Below are positions 38,935 through 47,546 of a DNA stretch of 64,000 bases, piece by piece. This DNA is from an uncultured Chromatiales bacterium (GTDB lineage: Bacteria > Pseudomonadota > Gammaproteobacteria > Steroidobacterales > Woeseiaceae): assembly GCA_965368465.1 (NCBI GenBank), contig CBDUMZ010000005.1, positions 35,596-99,595 on the forward strand. The letters are read 5' to 3'. The translations under genes and the position numbers were made by a program. The first letter of the stretch is position 1. The number at the start of each line of letters is the position of its first letter. The notes under the pieces are model-generated. The model was given only the letters and a program-made list of their open reading frames with translations. It made no database searches and was not told where the DNA came from.

Positions 38935-38983
38935 TACTAGCTGCCGGGTATCGCAGCAGCATCAGTACTATTACTATCTGAAT

Positions 38984-40384
38984 GTGACTTGCCGAATCTT
39001 GATTTTTCTGTGCTTTTTGCCGTTAACTTGCGCACTCTCGCCGACGGCAATCGGTAACAATTGCAACAATTGCCACGTGCAGGAACGGGCGGGGTTTTCG
39101 GCGGCACACGAATTTGCCGCGGACAACTGCACGATCTGTCACGGCGGCGATGGCGCCGCCGTTTCTGAAAACGCCGCGCACGAGGGCATGACCGGTTTCC
39201 CGGGCCTCCTCGGCAATGCAGCCGGGGCATGCGGTAGCTGCCACGCCGACAAGGTCGCGTCGGTTGGCGACAGCCTGATGCACACGGGCCTCGGCATGGT
39301 CGACGTTACGCGTCGGCTCGTGGACGGCGACGCCGGTGAGCACGCAAGCCTGCAATCGCTCGGCCACGGCCCGGCCGATTCGATGCTGCGCAAACTCTGT
39401 GCAAGCTGTCACCTCGGGCAGGACAAGACCGCTCATGCCCTGGACCCGGTATTCGATCGCGGCGGCGGCTGCCTTGCCTGTCACATCAACGCCTACCCCG
39501 CGGACGCGCACCCTGCCCTGACGGCCGATGTCTCCGACGCACGCTGTTTCGGTTGTCACTCGCGCTCCGCGAGAATTTCACTCAGCTACACAGGGCTCGG
39601 CGAGATTGACGCTGTGACAGCAGCCGGCAAGGAGTCGCGACTGCGTCTGCCAGATGGTCGCCACCTGGAACGCAAACCGGCGGACGTGCACTTCACTGCT
39701 GGCATGACCTGCACCGCGTGTCACAAGGGCGCCGACATCATGAGCGCCGCAGGCGATGCCCGGCACCAGCGCGACGCCGTTGCCGCGCGCTGCGACGACT
39801 GCCACGCAATCGAGCACGCAGCAGGTTCAGTGCACGACCCCGAGCATGTACGCCTTGAATGCGCCGCCTGTCACAGCCAATGGGTACCGCAGTGTTTCGG
39901 CTGTCACATGGAATACGATCCTGACGGAGTCCAGTGGGATCATGTCGAACAACGGGAAACGGCAGGACGATGGCATGAACGGCGGTCCGAGTTTCGCAAC
40001 GAACTCGGCGCGCTCGGCGTCAATGCCCACGACCGTATCGAGCTGTTCACACCCGGCATGATCATGACGCTCGCGCACCCGGACTGGGACAGCGAGAAAT
40101 TCGTGCGGGCGTTTGCGCCCATCTCTCCGCACACCATCGGCCCGGCCCGTTCCTGCGAGTCCTGTCACCGCTCGAGTGTCGCACTGGGGCTCGGCGAAGG
40201 AACGATTGAGTTGCGCGACGGTACGCTGCGCTTCACGCCGACGCGGCCAACGCTGCGCGATGGCTTGCCGGTCGACGCATGGACGAACATCGACGGCAGC
40301 CTTGGCGGTGTCGCCGCGCGACCCGGGCAACGGCCGCTTGACGAAGAAGAAATGGAAGCGGTGCTCGCGGCACCGCTGGACTAG
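38984..40384 (+). CDS. Multihaem c-type cytochrome (11 CXXCH motifs)
   Basis: CNNCH, CTICH, CGSCH, CASCH, CLACH, CFGCH, CTACH, CDDCH, CAACH, CFGCH, CESCH. Hydrophobic N-terminus VTCRILIFLCFLPLTCALS. The start is uncertain (GTG 38984). The track's ATG at 38717 lies inside the divergent gene. Confidence 0.85.
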   Translation: MTCRILIFLCFLPLTCALSPTAIGNNCNNCHVQERAGFSAAHEFAADNCTICHGGDGAAVSENAAHEGMTGFPGLLGNAAGACGSCHADKVASVGDSLMHTGLGMVDVTRRLVDGDAGEHASLQSLGHGPADSMLRKLCASCHLGQDKTAHALDPVFDRGGGCLACHINAYPADAHPALTADVSDARCFGCHSRSARISLSYTGLGEIDAVTAAGKESRLRLPDGRHLERKPADVHFTAGMTCTACHKGADIMSAAGDARHQRDAVAARCDDCHAIEHAAGSVHDPEHVRLECAACHSQWVPQCFGCHMEYDPDGVQWDHVEQRETAGRWHERRSEFRNELGALGVNAHDRIELFTPGMIMTLAHPDWDSEKFVRAFAPISPHTIGPARSCESCHRSSVALGLGEGTIELRDGTLRFTPTRPTLRDGLPVDAWTNIDGSLGGVAARPGQRPLDEEEMEAVLAAPLD

Positions 40385-40393
40385 CCGCCGCGG

Positions 40394-41014
40394 TCAGCAG
40401 CCCTCTTCGGGCGGGGGCGCCAGTTCCTCGAATGCCTCTTCGGACGCTTCGATGACCGGCGGCACGAACGGCTTCCTGGCCGGCAGTTCTGCGGCACCCG
40501 CTCGTTCTCCGACAAAGTAGCAGCTGTAGGCGCGCTGCTCCGACACCTGCAGGCTCTCACCGTCGAGCGCTTCGGCCGAGATATCGGGATTGAGAATCTT
40601 CTCGTGCCAGGCCCGGTACCCGCCAACCAGCAAGTGGGCATCGAATCCTGCCAGTCGCAGCAAGACCGCCGCCTTGGCCGCGTTTTCGGAGCCGTTCGAA
40701 TACACGAGCAGCATACGATTCGTGGGCAAGCGCGCCAGGGTCTCCGCGGCGACGATTTGCGCGATCGGGATGTTCTCCGCGTCCCCTATGCTGCCGTTCT
40801 CAAAATCCTCGGCACCGCGAACGTCAATGAGCTTGAAGTCACTGCGCCCTTCGATCAGCCAGGTCGCCAGTTCTTCGACACTCGCGCGGTCGTCCTGCCT
40901 TGCCGCTGCCTGGGCGACGGCATCCATCGAAATACCCGGTTCTCCGGATGGACCGCACGCCGTAACGGACGCGACTGAAAGGGACAGCAACGTGGCCTTA
41001 AGGGTTTTCTTCAT
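40394..41014 (-). CDS. Rhodanese-domain lipoprotein with a degenerate active-site loop and a Cys-containing C-terminal tail
   Basis: Lipobox SVASVTACG. Rhodanese fold (LIDVRGAEDFENGSIGDAENIP...LLVYSNGSENAAKAAVLL...GGYRAWHE), with Ser in place of the catalytic Cys. The ~70-aa tail ends in EEGC. Confidence 0.8.
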   Translation of the reverse strand: MKKTLKATLLSLSVASVTACGPSGEPGISMDAVAQAAARQDDRASVEELATWLIEGRSDFKLIDVRGAEDFENGSIGDAENIPIAQIVAAETLARLPTNRMLLVYSNGSENAAKAAVLLRLAGFDAHLLVGGYRAWHEKILNPDISAEALDGESLQVSEQRAYSCYFVGERAGAAELPARKPFVPPVIEASEEAFEELAPPPEEGC

Positions 41015-42005
41015 GCAAACGCTCCAGCAATTCTGAACTGTATTGGGTTTCGTAGTGTGTCCAGGTGCTCTCCTGCCCGGCATCCAGCACAACCTGCCGC
41101 AACGCATACCCGCCGACGATGACAAGAACCGGCGCGAGCATGGCCAGCGATTTGCTGACGCCCGATATTTCCAGCACCTCGAGTAGCAAAGGTATCAGGA
41201 GGCCGATGGATACGAAGAACAGCCAGAACTCAAGAGTGTACGGACCGCCCATGATACTTTGCAACGCCACGATATGCTGGCCGGATCCCGAGGCAAGACT
41301 GATGAGCATGAGCGCCACCAGGCCGATCTCGGCCAGGATCAGGACCAGGTCGATCCGCGTGAACAGCTCTTTCTCGGCATGCTTTTTCGCAACGAGAATG
41401 ACCATGGCCGCCGCCGTGGACATGCCCGACACGAGGAACAGGATACCGAGCACGCCGGAATTCCAGAACGGTCGCGCGCCGAATGCGCTCAGCAGGATGC
41501 CCGTGTAGATGCCGAGCGCCACGGCGAACGGAATCACCGCCAGCGCGATCTGCATGCGCTTGCGCTCGCACCAGTCCACCAGCGTCCTGCCAATCGCAAA
41601 CCTGTCTACAAGGGAGGCGAGCGCCGGGTAGCCTGCGCGAATCGTCGACAGTATCTGCAGTACCGATATCGGGTAGACCACGATAAGAATCCAGGCGCCC
41701 CAGGACATCGGCGACGTGATCTTGAACGCGGTGTAAAACCGGTAGACATACAGCTTGTGCTCGAGATCGAGAAACAGGGTCGTCATACCGATCGACAGCA
41801 GGATGGGCGCAAACAACGCGAGGCGAGTCGCCGTGAACGGCGCCACCTGCTCCTTGCCGCGGGCAATCGCCAGCGCCGCGAAGATCATGACACCGGCCGT
41901 GAGGCCGCCCATGAACAGGTACATGGCCACTTCCCAGGTCCAGATATGCAGGCCCGGGTCGATCAGCTCATTCGACCTGGCTGTGACAAACAGTTCTTCT
42001 GTCAT
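40998..42005 (-). CDS. NrfD/PsrC-family membrane anchor subunit
   Basis: 335 aa, ~9 TM. The N-terminal W-rich segment HIWTWEVAMYLFMGGLTAG is typical of NrfD/PsrC. Confidence 0.88.
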   Translation of the reverse strand: MTEELFVTARSNELIDPGLHIWTWEVAMYLFMGGLTAGVMIFAALAIARGKEQVAPFTATRLALFAPILLSIGMTTLFLDLEHKLYVYRFYTAFKITSPMSWGAWILIVVYPISVLQILSTIRAGYPALASLVDRFAIGRTLVDWCERKRMQIALAVIPFAVALGIYTGILLSAFGARPFWNSGVLGILFLVSGMSTAAAMVILVAKKHAEKELFTRIDLVLILAEIGLVALMLISLASGSGQHIVALQSIMGGPYTLEFWLFFVSIGLLIPLLLEVLEISGVSKSLAMLAPVLVIVGGYALRQVVLDAGQESTWTHYETQYSSELLERLHEENP

Positions 42006-42017
42006 TGTTCCAGGCCC

Positions 42018-42560
42018 CTATACCAGGTAATAGACATTGGGTTCATTGCCCGTCTCGGGTTTGAGTACCTTGTGGTCGCGCGTCTTCAGCAACTGGCTGA
42101 CCTTGCTGTGCGGGTCATCCAGCGTGCCGAAATACATGCACCCGGTCGGGCACGTCGACACGCAGGCCGGGTCCAGGCCTTTCTCGACCCGGTGGTGGCA
42201 GAACGTGCACTTGTCGATGTAGCCATCGGGATGCATGACGAGACGCGCGTCGTACGGGCAAGCCGCTATACAGGCTTTGCAGCCCGTGCACTTCTCGGGC
42301 TCGACGAGCACGATGTTCGTACCCTTCCAGAGGTGACTCGCGCCGGTCGGACACAGCGTGACGCAAGTCGGGTTCGAGCAATGATTGCAGCGCTCCGAAC
42401 GAAACTCGGTTTTGAGGTCGGGATAGGTGCCACTCGTCGCCTCGACAACCCAGTCCCTGTTCAGCCCTTCCGGAACGTTGTTCTCGGTCTTGCAGGCCAC
42501 CACACAGTCGCCGCAGCCGATGCAGGTGCGCGTATCGATGACCATGACAAAGCGCGTCAT
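42018..42560 (-). CDS. 4x[4Fe-4S] electron-transfer subunit (PsrB/DmsB-like)
   Basis: CIGCGDCVVAC, CNHCSNPTCVTLCP, CTGCKACIAACP, CTFCHHR...CVSTCP. Confidence 0.92.
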   Translation of the reverse strand: MTRFVMVIDTRTCIGCGDCVVACKTENNVPEGLNRDWVVEATSGTYPDLKTEFRSERCNHCSNPTCVTLCPTGASHLWKGTNIVLVEPEKCTGCKACIAACPYDARLVMHPDGYIDKCTFCHHRVEKGLDPACVSTCPTGCMYFGTLDDPHSKVSQLLKTRDHKVLKPETGNEPNVYYLV

Positions 42561-44761
42561 GCCGCACCTCCCGCTGCCGACTGCTTGATGAACGTGACGA
42601 AGTTACCGCGCATGCCGGTCCCACCCATGATCGGATCGACCTTCACGTTGGTCATCAACTCCGAGTCGTCGGCACCGGCACCTGCCGTCAGGCGCAGGCG
42701 TTTCGACTTGTGGCCGAAACCGTGCGCCATGAAGACTGAATCGGGCCCGATACGCTCCGTGACACGCACCCGGATCTTGCTGCTGACCGCGCCCTCGTAG
42801 GACGCGAGCTGCACATACTCGCCATTCTCAAGTCCGAAATCACTGGCCACGAGCGGGTTGACCCAGAGCTGGTTTTCCGGGGCGAGCTGGAAGAGCAACG
42901 GGTTGTTGGTCGTCTTGCCGAACGTATGCGCCGGCATGCGCCCGTAGTTGAGCCTGAAGAAACCTTGCGGGACAGGTTCCGGCGGCGTGTAGACCGGCAT
43001 CGGGTCGAAACCCTTGTCGGCAAGCTGCTGCGAGTACAGTTCGATCTTGCGACTCGGCGTGAAGAAACGCGCTTGTTCACCCTTGCGAAAATACAGCGGC
43101 CGCTTGCGTGGAAAATTCTTGACCCCGATCTTTTGCATTTCCGCGAGCGAACTGCCGACTTGTTTAAGCTCCCAGTCGAGCTTGTCGGCGTAGTCCTGCC
43201 ACGGGAAATACGCACCCAGGCCGAGCCGTTCGCCAAGCTGCTTGGCAATCCACCAACCGGGCTTGCTCTCGTACCTGGGTTCGAACGCCGGCATGCGCAG
43301 CGCCAGCGACGGCTGCCGCTCACCCGAATTACGAATGTCGTCGTAGCGTTCGAGGTAGGTGCACTCCGGCAGGATGACGTCGGCATAGCCCGTCATTTCG
43401 GACGGCATGGTTTCGACGACCACGACGAGGTCGAGCGAGTCGGCCGCGGCACGCAGTTTCGCCGCCACGCCTGGAATCGTCTGCGGCAGGTTGGTGCCGT
43501 ACACCATCCAACCCTTGAAGAACGCATCCTCACCGATGGACGCTTCGATGACGCCGTTCGTAACGCCCTGGCTTGCGAACGGCCACTTGCCCGGGTAAGC
43601 ATCACCGGTCCGCAGGCGCGGTGTCGGGTACTTTGGTAACGGGTAATGCGGCATAGCCACTTTTTCGGGGATGTAGAAACCGCCCTTGCGGTTCCAGCTG
43701 CCGAGCAGCGCATTGAGTATGGCGATCGCGCGGCTGCGTTGCGTGTCGTCGCCGTACCAGGTCGCGTGCCGGCCAGGGTGCACGACGGTTGCCGGAGCAG
43801 CCTTGCCCATCTCGCGTGCCGTTTCGCGAATCACGTCGGGTCGAATTCCGGTCTCGAGGAATACCCACTCGGGCGTGTACTGCCGCACGTGGTCCGCGAG
43901 TTGTTCAAAGCCGACCGTGTATTGCTCGACGTAGTCCTTGTCGTAGAGCTCCTCTTCGACAATCACGTTCATCCAGCCGAGCAGCAGCGCGATATCGGTG
44001 CCGGGCTTGATGGGAAGCCAGTGTTTCGACTTGCCCGCCGGCACCGAGAACCTCGGGTCGACGGTGATCAGCGTCGCATCCTTGTTGATCGCATCCGTTA
44101 ACGTCTGGACCTGGGCGTTATGCAGGTTCTCACCGATGTGCGATCCCAGCAGTACGATGCAGCGTGCATTCGCCATGTCGGTGCGTTCCGGTGAGCTGAC
44201 GGCTTCGCCGAAGGTCAGGCGGAAGCCGACGTCGCGTGGACCGCGGCATTGCGCGAAGGCCGGTTCGGCATGACTGTCGGAACCGTATGCACGCAAGAGA
44301 TGCAGGAAGTGATGACCGCCCGCGCCGTGATGCAGCAATGCCATGCGCTCCGGCCCCACCGTTTCTGCAATGCCCTGCATTTTCGTCGCGATGAACTGCA
44401 AAGCCTCATCCCAGGAGACCTCCTTGAAGGTCTGGCGCCCGTCGACCGTGACGCGCATCAGGGGTCTCTTCAGTCGATCGGGATCGAGGTAGGCGCCTGG
44501 CCCGCCCGTACCGCGCGTGCAAAGCCGGCCACCGCTGTGCAGATCGTCCGGATTGCCCGTGATCTTCCAGAGCTCACCATCCTCTTTGTAGACATCGCCC
44601 GCACATTTCCAGAAACACATGTCGCACACGGTCGGCGTCTTGCTGACGGTACCCGTTCCCGGCAGCGGCCTGCTCGCGCAGCCGCCCAGCATGAGCGCGG
44701 GCCCTGCCACGGCGCTGGTACCCAGCAACGATGAAAGCTTGATGAACTCGCGACGCTTCAT
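42557..44761 (-). CDS. Tat-exported molybdopterin oxidoreductase catalytic subunit (PsrA/PhsA/SrrA family)
   Basis: Twin-arginine signal MKRREFIKLSSLLG, N-terminal Fe-S motif CDMCFWKCAG...CTRG, 734 aa. Overlaps both flanking genes by 4 nt. Confidence 0.9.
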   Translation of the reverse strand: MKRREFIKLSSLLGTSAVAGPALMLGGCASRPLPGTGTVSKTPTVCDMCFWKCAGDVYKEDGELWKITGNPDDLHSGGRLCTRGTGGPGAYLDPDRLKRPLMRVTVDGRQTFKEVSWDEALQFIATKMQGIAETVGPERMALLHHGAGGHHFLHLLRAYGSDSHAEPAFAQCRGPRDVGFRLTFGEAVSSPERTDMANARCIVLLGSHIGENLHNAQVQTLTDAINKDATLITVDPRFSVPAGKSKHWLPIKPGTDIALLLGWMNVIVEEELYDKDYVEQYTVGFEQLADHVRQYTPEWVFLETGIRPDVIRETAREMGKAAPATVVHPGRHATWYGDDTQRSRAIAILNALLGSWNRKGGFYIPEKVAMPHYPLPKYPTPRLRTGDAYPGKWPFASQGVTNGVIEASIGEDAFFKGWMVYGTNLPQTIPGVAAKLRAAADSLDLVVVVETMPSEMTGYADVILPECTYLERYDDIRNSGERQPSLALRMPAFEPRYESKPGWWIAKQLGERLGLGAYFPWQDYADKLDWELKQVGSSLAEMQKIGVKNFPRKRPLYFRKGEQARFFTPSRKIELYSQQLADKGFDPMPVYTPPEPVPQGFFRLNYGRMPAHTFGKTTNNPLLFQLAPENQLWVNPLVASDFGLENGEYVQLASYEGAVSSKIRVRVTERIGPDSVFMAHGFGHKSKRLRLTAGAGADDSELMTNVKVDPIMGGTGMRGNFVTFIKQSAAGGAA

Positions 44762-45525
44762 GGGGCAACCTCGTTTATGCCGGCGCGCGGCACGATGTAG
44801 TACGGCGTCTCGACGGAGTCATCGATAAACGACTCGGTAGGAAAGAACGCGAAGACGATGCCGATCAGGACGGCCGTTACCACCAGTGCGCCCTGCAATT
44901 TCATGAAGGGCCGCGCTTTCGTCAGCGTGTCTTTCTGGCCCCAGACGAGGTCCTGCACGAAGATCATGGAGACCGTACCGACCACCGCGATGATCACCAT
45001 GATCAGGACCATTGGACCGAGGCCGATGCCCAGCCACTGGTCGAGCCGGAACGCACCCAGGTAGTTGCTGTTGTAAAAGTCGCCCCAGACCGGGAAGAAG
45101 TCGCCGAACACGAGGCTGCCGATCAGGAAACCGCCGACGAACACGATGCCGTCGATCTTGCCCGTGGCAACGGCGGCGATCGCCGTACCCGGGCAGTAGC
45201 CACCGATGACCATGCCGACGCCGAACAATACGCCGCCGACCGCCATCGGCAGGAGATAGGTCGGCAACATGTAGACGAGCGAGATATCCAGTACGCCAAT
45301 GAGGCTCAACCCCCAGAGACCGACCATGCCGGTCACGATGGCGGAGAACATGACGACCGGAACGCCCACATCCTTGAAATAGAACGCCCAGGCGATGCGG
45401 CGCGAATCGGTGAAGCCCGCATGGAACAGCGCGAAGCCAAATACGAAACCGATCGGGATCGCGAGCCACAGGTTCGCCGCGGCCGAGATGACGCCCGTCT
45501 TGGCAAGAGGAAATCCTAGATCCAT
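44758..45525 (-). CDS. YeeE/YedE-family sulfur/selenium transport protein, second half-transporter with C-terminal TM extension
   Basis: GGYCPGTA signature Cys motif. Start at Met22 of the track ORF (MDLGFPLAK), overlapping the upstream gene by 10 nt. Confidence 0.82.
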   Translation of the reverse strand: MDLGFPLAKTGVISAAANLWLAIPIGFVFGFALFHAGFTDSRRIAWAFYFKDVGVPVVMFSAIVTGMVGLWGLSLIGVLDISLVYMLPTYLLPMAVGGVLFGVGMVIGGYCPGTAIAAVATGKIDGIVFVGGFLIGSLVFGDFFPVWGDFYNSNYLGAFRLDQWLGIGLGPMVLIMVIIAVVGTVSMIFVQDLVWGQKDTLTKARPFMKLQGALVVTAVLIGIVFAFFPTESFIDDSVETPYYIVPRAGINEVAP

Positions 45526-46028
45526 TGTTTTCTCACAAACCAGGCGACCAGCCAGCCACCGACAAAAACACACATGAGGAAAGTCCATGCACCAACCGAG
45601 AGTTCGGCGCCGCCGACGAGGCCCTGCCCGCTGGTGCAGCCGCGTGCGAGACGCGCCGCAAAACCGGAGATGACGCCGCCGACCAGTGCCAGCATCAGGC
45701 GGTTCCGGGGCGAGATGTTCGGTCCGCGCAGGACCTCGAAACGCAGCTCGCCGGTGCGCCAGGCTGCCACGAATGCACCGATGAGCAAGCCGACCAGCAG
45801 GAACACGACGTAGTCATTGAGCGGGTGGGCACCATCGGCAAAATAGCGGCCGAAGTACGCGCTTTGCTCGGTTGCCGTCGGGAACAGGCCGTGCTGAACC
45901 CAGGCGACCAGGCGCGTCATCGCCCCGCTCGCACCGATTCCGCGGCCCGCGACGACGAACGCGAGTAACATGCTAATACCAATCAGAATGCCCGCTGGGA
46001 TTGGCGGCCAACGTGTCCCGAACTTCAT
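45516..46028 (-). CDS. YeeE/YedE-family sulfur/selenium transport protein, first half-transporter
   Basis: 170 aa, 4 TM, signature ARGCTSGQG motif. Confidence 0.85.
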   Translation of the reverse strand: MKFGTRWPPIPAGILIGISMLLAFVVAGRGIGASGAMTRLVAWVQHGLFPTATEQSAYFGRYFADGAHPLNDYVVFLLVGLLIGAFVAAWRTGELRFEVLRGPNISPRNRLMLALVGGVISGFAARLARGCTSGQGLVGGAELSVGAWTFLMCVFVGGWLVAWFVRKQWI

Positions 46029-46151
46029 CCTGTACTCCTAAACATGGCCGAATTCGGCGAGTTGAGGCGACTATACATTAGTAAAAACTAATTTAAAGGC
46101 AGTAGTTTCCCGTATCTTTAAAAGTTTCTTCTGCAACTAATATTCCCTGTT

Positions 46152-47546
46152 ATGAAGACGATCATCGAACCCTTCCGTATCAAGATGGTCGAGCCCATCA
46201 AGCTCACCACGCGCGAAGAGCGCGAACAGCTGATTCGCAAGGCACACAACAACACCTTCCTGCTGCGCGCCGAGGACGTCATCATCGATCTCCTCACGGA
46301 CTCCGGCACCAGCGCCATGTCATCGGATGCCTGGGGCGCGCTGATGCGTGGCGACGAGTCGTACGCGGGCGCGCGCAGCTGGTACCGGTTTCGCGATACC
46401 GTGAAGGACATTTTCGGTTTCAAGCAGGTCATTCCGACGCACCAGGGGCGTGCCGCCGAGCACATCCTGTTCGGCGTCATGGTGAAACCCGGGTCGCTGG
46501 TCCCGAACAACACGCACTTCGATACGACGCGCGGCAACATCGACTTTGTCGGCGGCAAACCCATCGACCTGCCCTGCAAGGAAGCCAGTGACCTCGACTC
46601 CGACTTCCCGTTCAAGGGCAACATGGATACCGAGGCCCTGGAGGCGCTGGTTGCCGAGCATGGCCCCGAGAAGATCCCGGTCATCATGATCACTGTCACC
46701 AACAACTCTGGCGGTGGGCAGCCGGTCTCGATGGCCAACATCCGCGAGGTGAGCCGTATCGCGCGGGAAGCCGGCATTCCTTTCTATATCGATGCCTGCC
46801 GATTCGCTGAGAACTCGCACTTCATCAAGCGCCGCGAAGAAGGTTACAAGGATGTCGCCACGATAGAGATCGCGCGCGAGATGTTCGGCTATGCCGACGG
46901 CTGCACGATGTCGGCCAAGAAGGATTCGTTTGCCAATATCGGCGGCTTCCTCTGTACCAACGATGCCGAACTTGCGAGCCGGGAACGGAACATCCTGATC
47001 ATGACAGAAGGGTTTCCAACCTACGGCGGGCTGGCCGGCCGTGATCTCGAAGCGATCGCCGTCGGTTTGCGCGAGACGCTCGATGAAAACTACCTGGACT
47101 ACCGCCTGCTTTCGACGCGCTATGTCGTAAGACACCTTGTCGAGGCCGGTATCCCCGTCATGTCGCCTGCCGGCGGCCATGCCGTGTATCTCGATGCGCG
47201 TCGCTTCCTCCCGCACATCGAGCCTCTCCAGTACCCGGGCCAGGCGCTCAGCGTGGAGCTGTACATCGAAGCCGGCATCCGAACCGCTGAAATCGGCACC
47301 GTGATGTTTGGCCTCGACCCGCAAACGGGCGAAGAAAAACCCGCACGCCTCGACCTGTTGCGCCTCGCGATTCCACGCCGTGTCTACACGCAAAGCCATA
47401 TGGACTATGTGCTCGAGGCGATTCAGCGGGTCTGGGAACGACGCGCCGCGATACGCGGCATGAAGATCGTGAAAGCCCCGCAGTTCCTGCGGCACTTCAC
47501 GGCGCATTTTGAATGGGTACAGGTCGGCGGTTCTAAAAGCCCGTAA
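46152..47546 (+). CDS. PLP-dependent beta-eliminating lyase (tryptophanase / tyrosine phenol-lyase family)
   Basis: EPFRIKMVEP, IDLLTDSGTSAMS, VIPTHQGRAAE, GGGQPVSMANI, YADGCTMSAKKD (PLP Lys), GGHAVYLDA, LAIPRRVYT. Signature segments are mixed between TnaA and Tpl as I remember them. Confidence 0.88.
   Translation: MKTIIEPFRIKMVEPIKLTTREEREQLIRKAHNNTFLLRAEDVIIDLLTDSGTSAMSSDAWGALMRGDESYAGARSWYRFRDTVKDIFGFKQVIPTHQGRAAEHILFGVMVKPGSLVPNNTHFDTTRGNIDFVGGKPIDLPCKEASDLDSDFPFKGNMDTEALEALVAEHGPEKIPVIMITVTNNSGGGQPVSMANIREVSRIAREAGIPFYIDACRFAENSHFIKRREEGYKDVATIEIAREMFGYADGCTMSAKKDSFANIGGFLCTNDAELASRERNILIMTEGFPTYGGLAGRDLEAIAVGLRETLDENYLDYRLLSTRYVVRHLVEAGIPVMSPAGGHAVYLDARRFLPHIEPLQYPGQALSVELYIEAGIRTAEIGTVMFGLDPQTGEEKPARLDLLRLAIPRRVYTQSHMDYVLEAIQRVWERRAAIRGMKIVKAPQFLRHFTAHFEWVQVGGSKSP

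Noticed and set aside
37264-38940. 558-aa + strand ORF covering the whole gltD-like gene. Similar long shadow ORFs include 1091..2098, 7976..9175, 11010..12092, 33692..34876, 41259..42800, 46320..47507, 47509..48777, 50131..51735, 54748..56232, 56925..58037, 58355..60049 and 60644..61852.
   Set aside because: Each lies antisense to an ORF with unmistakable family motifs. Each has Arg/His/Asp/Gly-biased, motif-free sequence. They are expected artefacts of stop-codon depletion in GC-rich coding DNA.
38717-38983. N-terminal extensions offered by the ORF track (this one, and 7514, 11954, 13061, 25000, 41125, 45588, 48850, 51971, 53989, 58493, 59637)
   Set aside because: The extensions overlap the preceding or divergent gene and look like out-of-frame translation (Arg/Ser/Pro-rich). 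They are followed by an internal start that has an RBS or a start/stop overlap and the expected family N-terminus.
42557-44761. Selenocysteine (in-frame TGA) in the Psr-like or XdhD-like molybdoenzymes
   Set aside because: Both ORFs (42557..44761 and 54289..57072) are uninterrupted, full-length reading frames. I found no split ORF pair or SECIS-like context.
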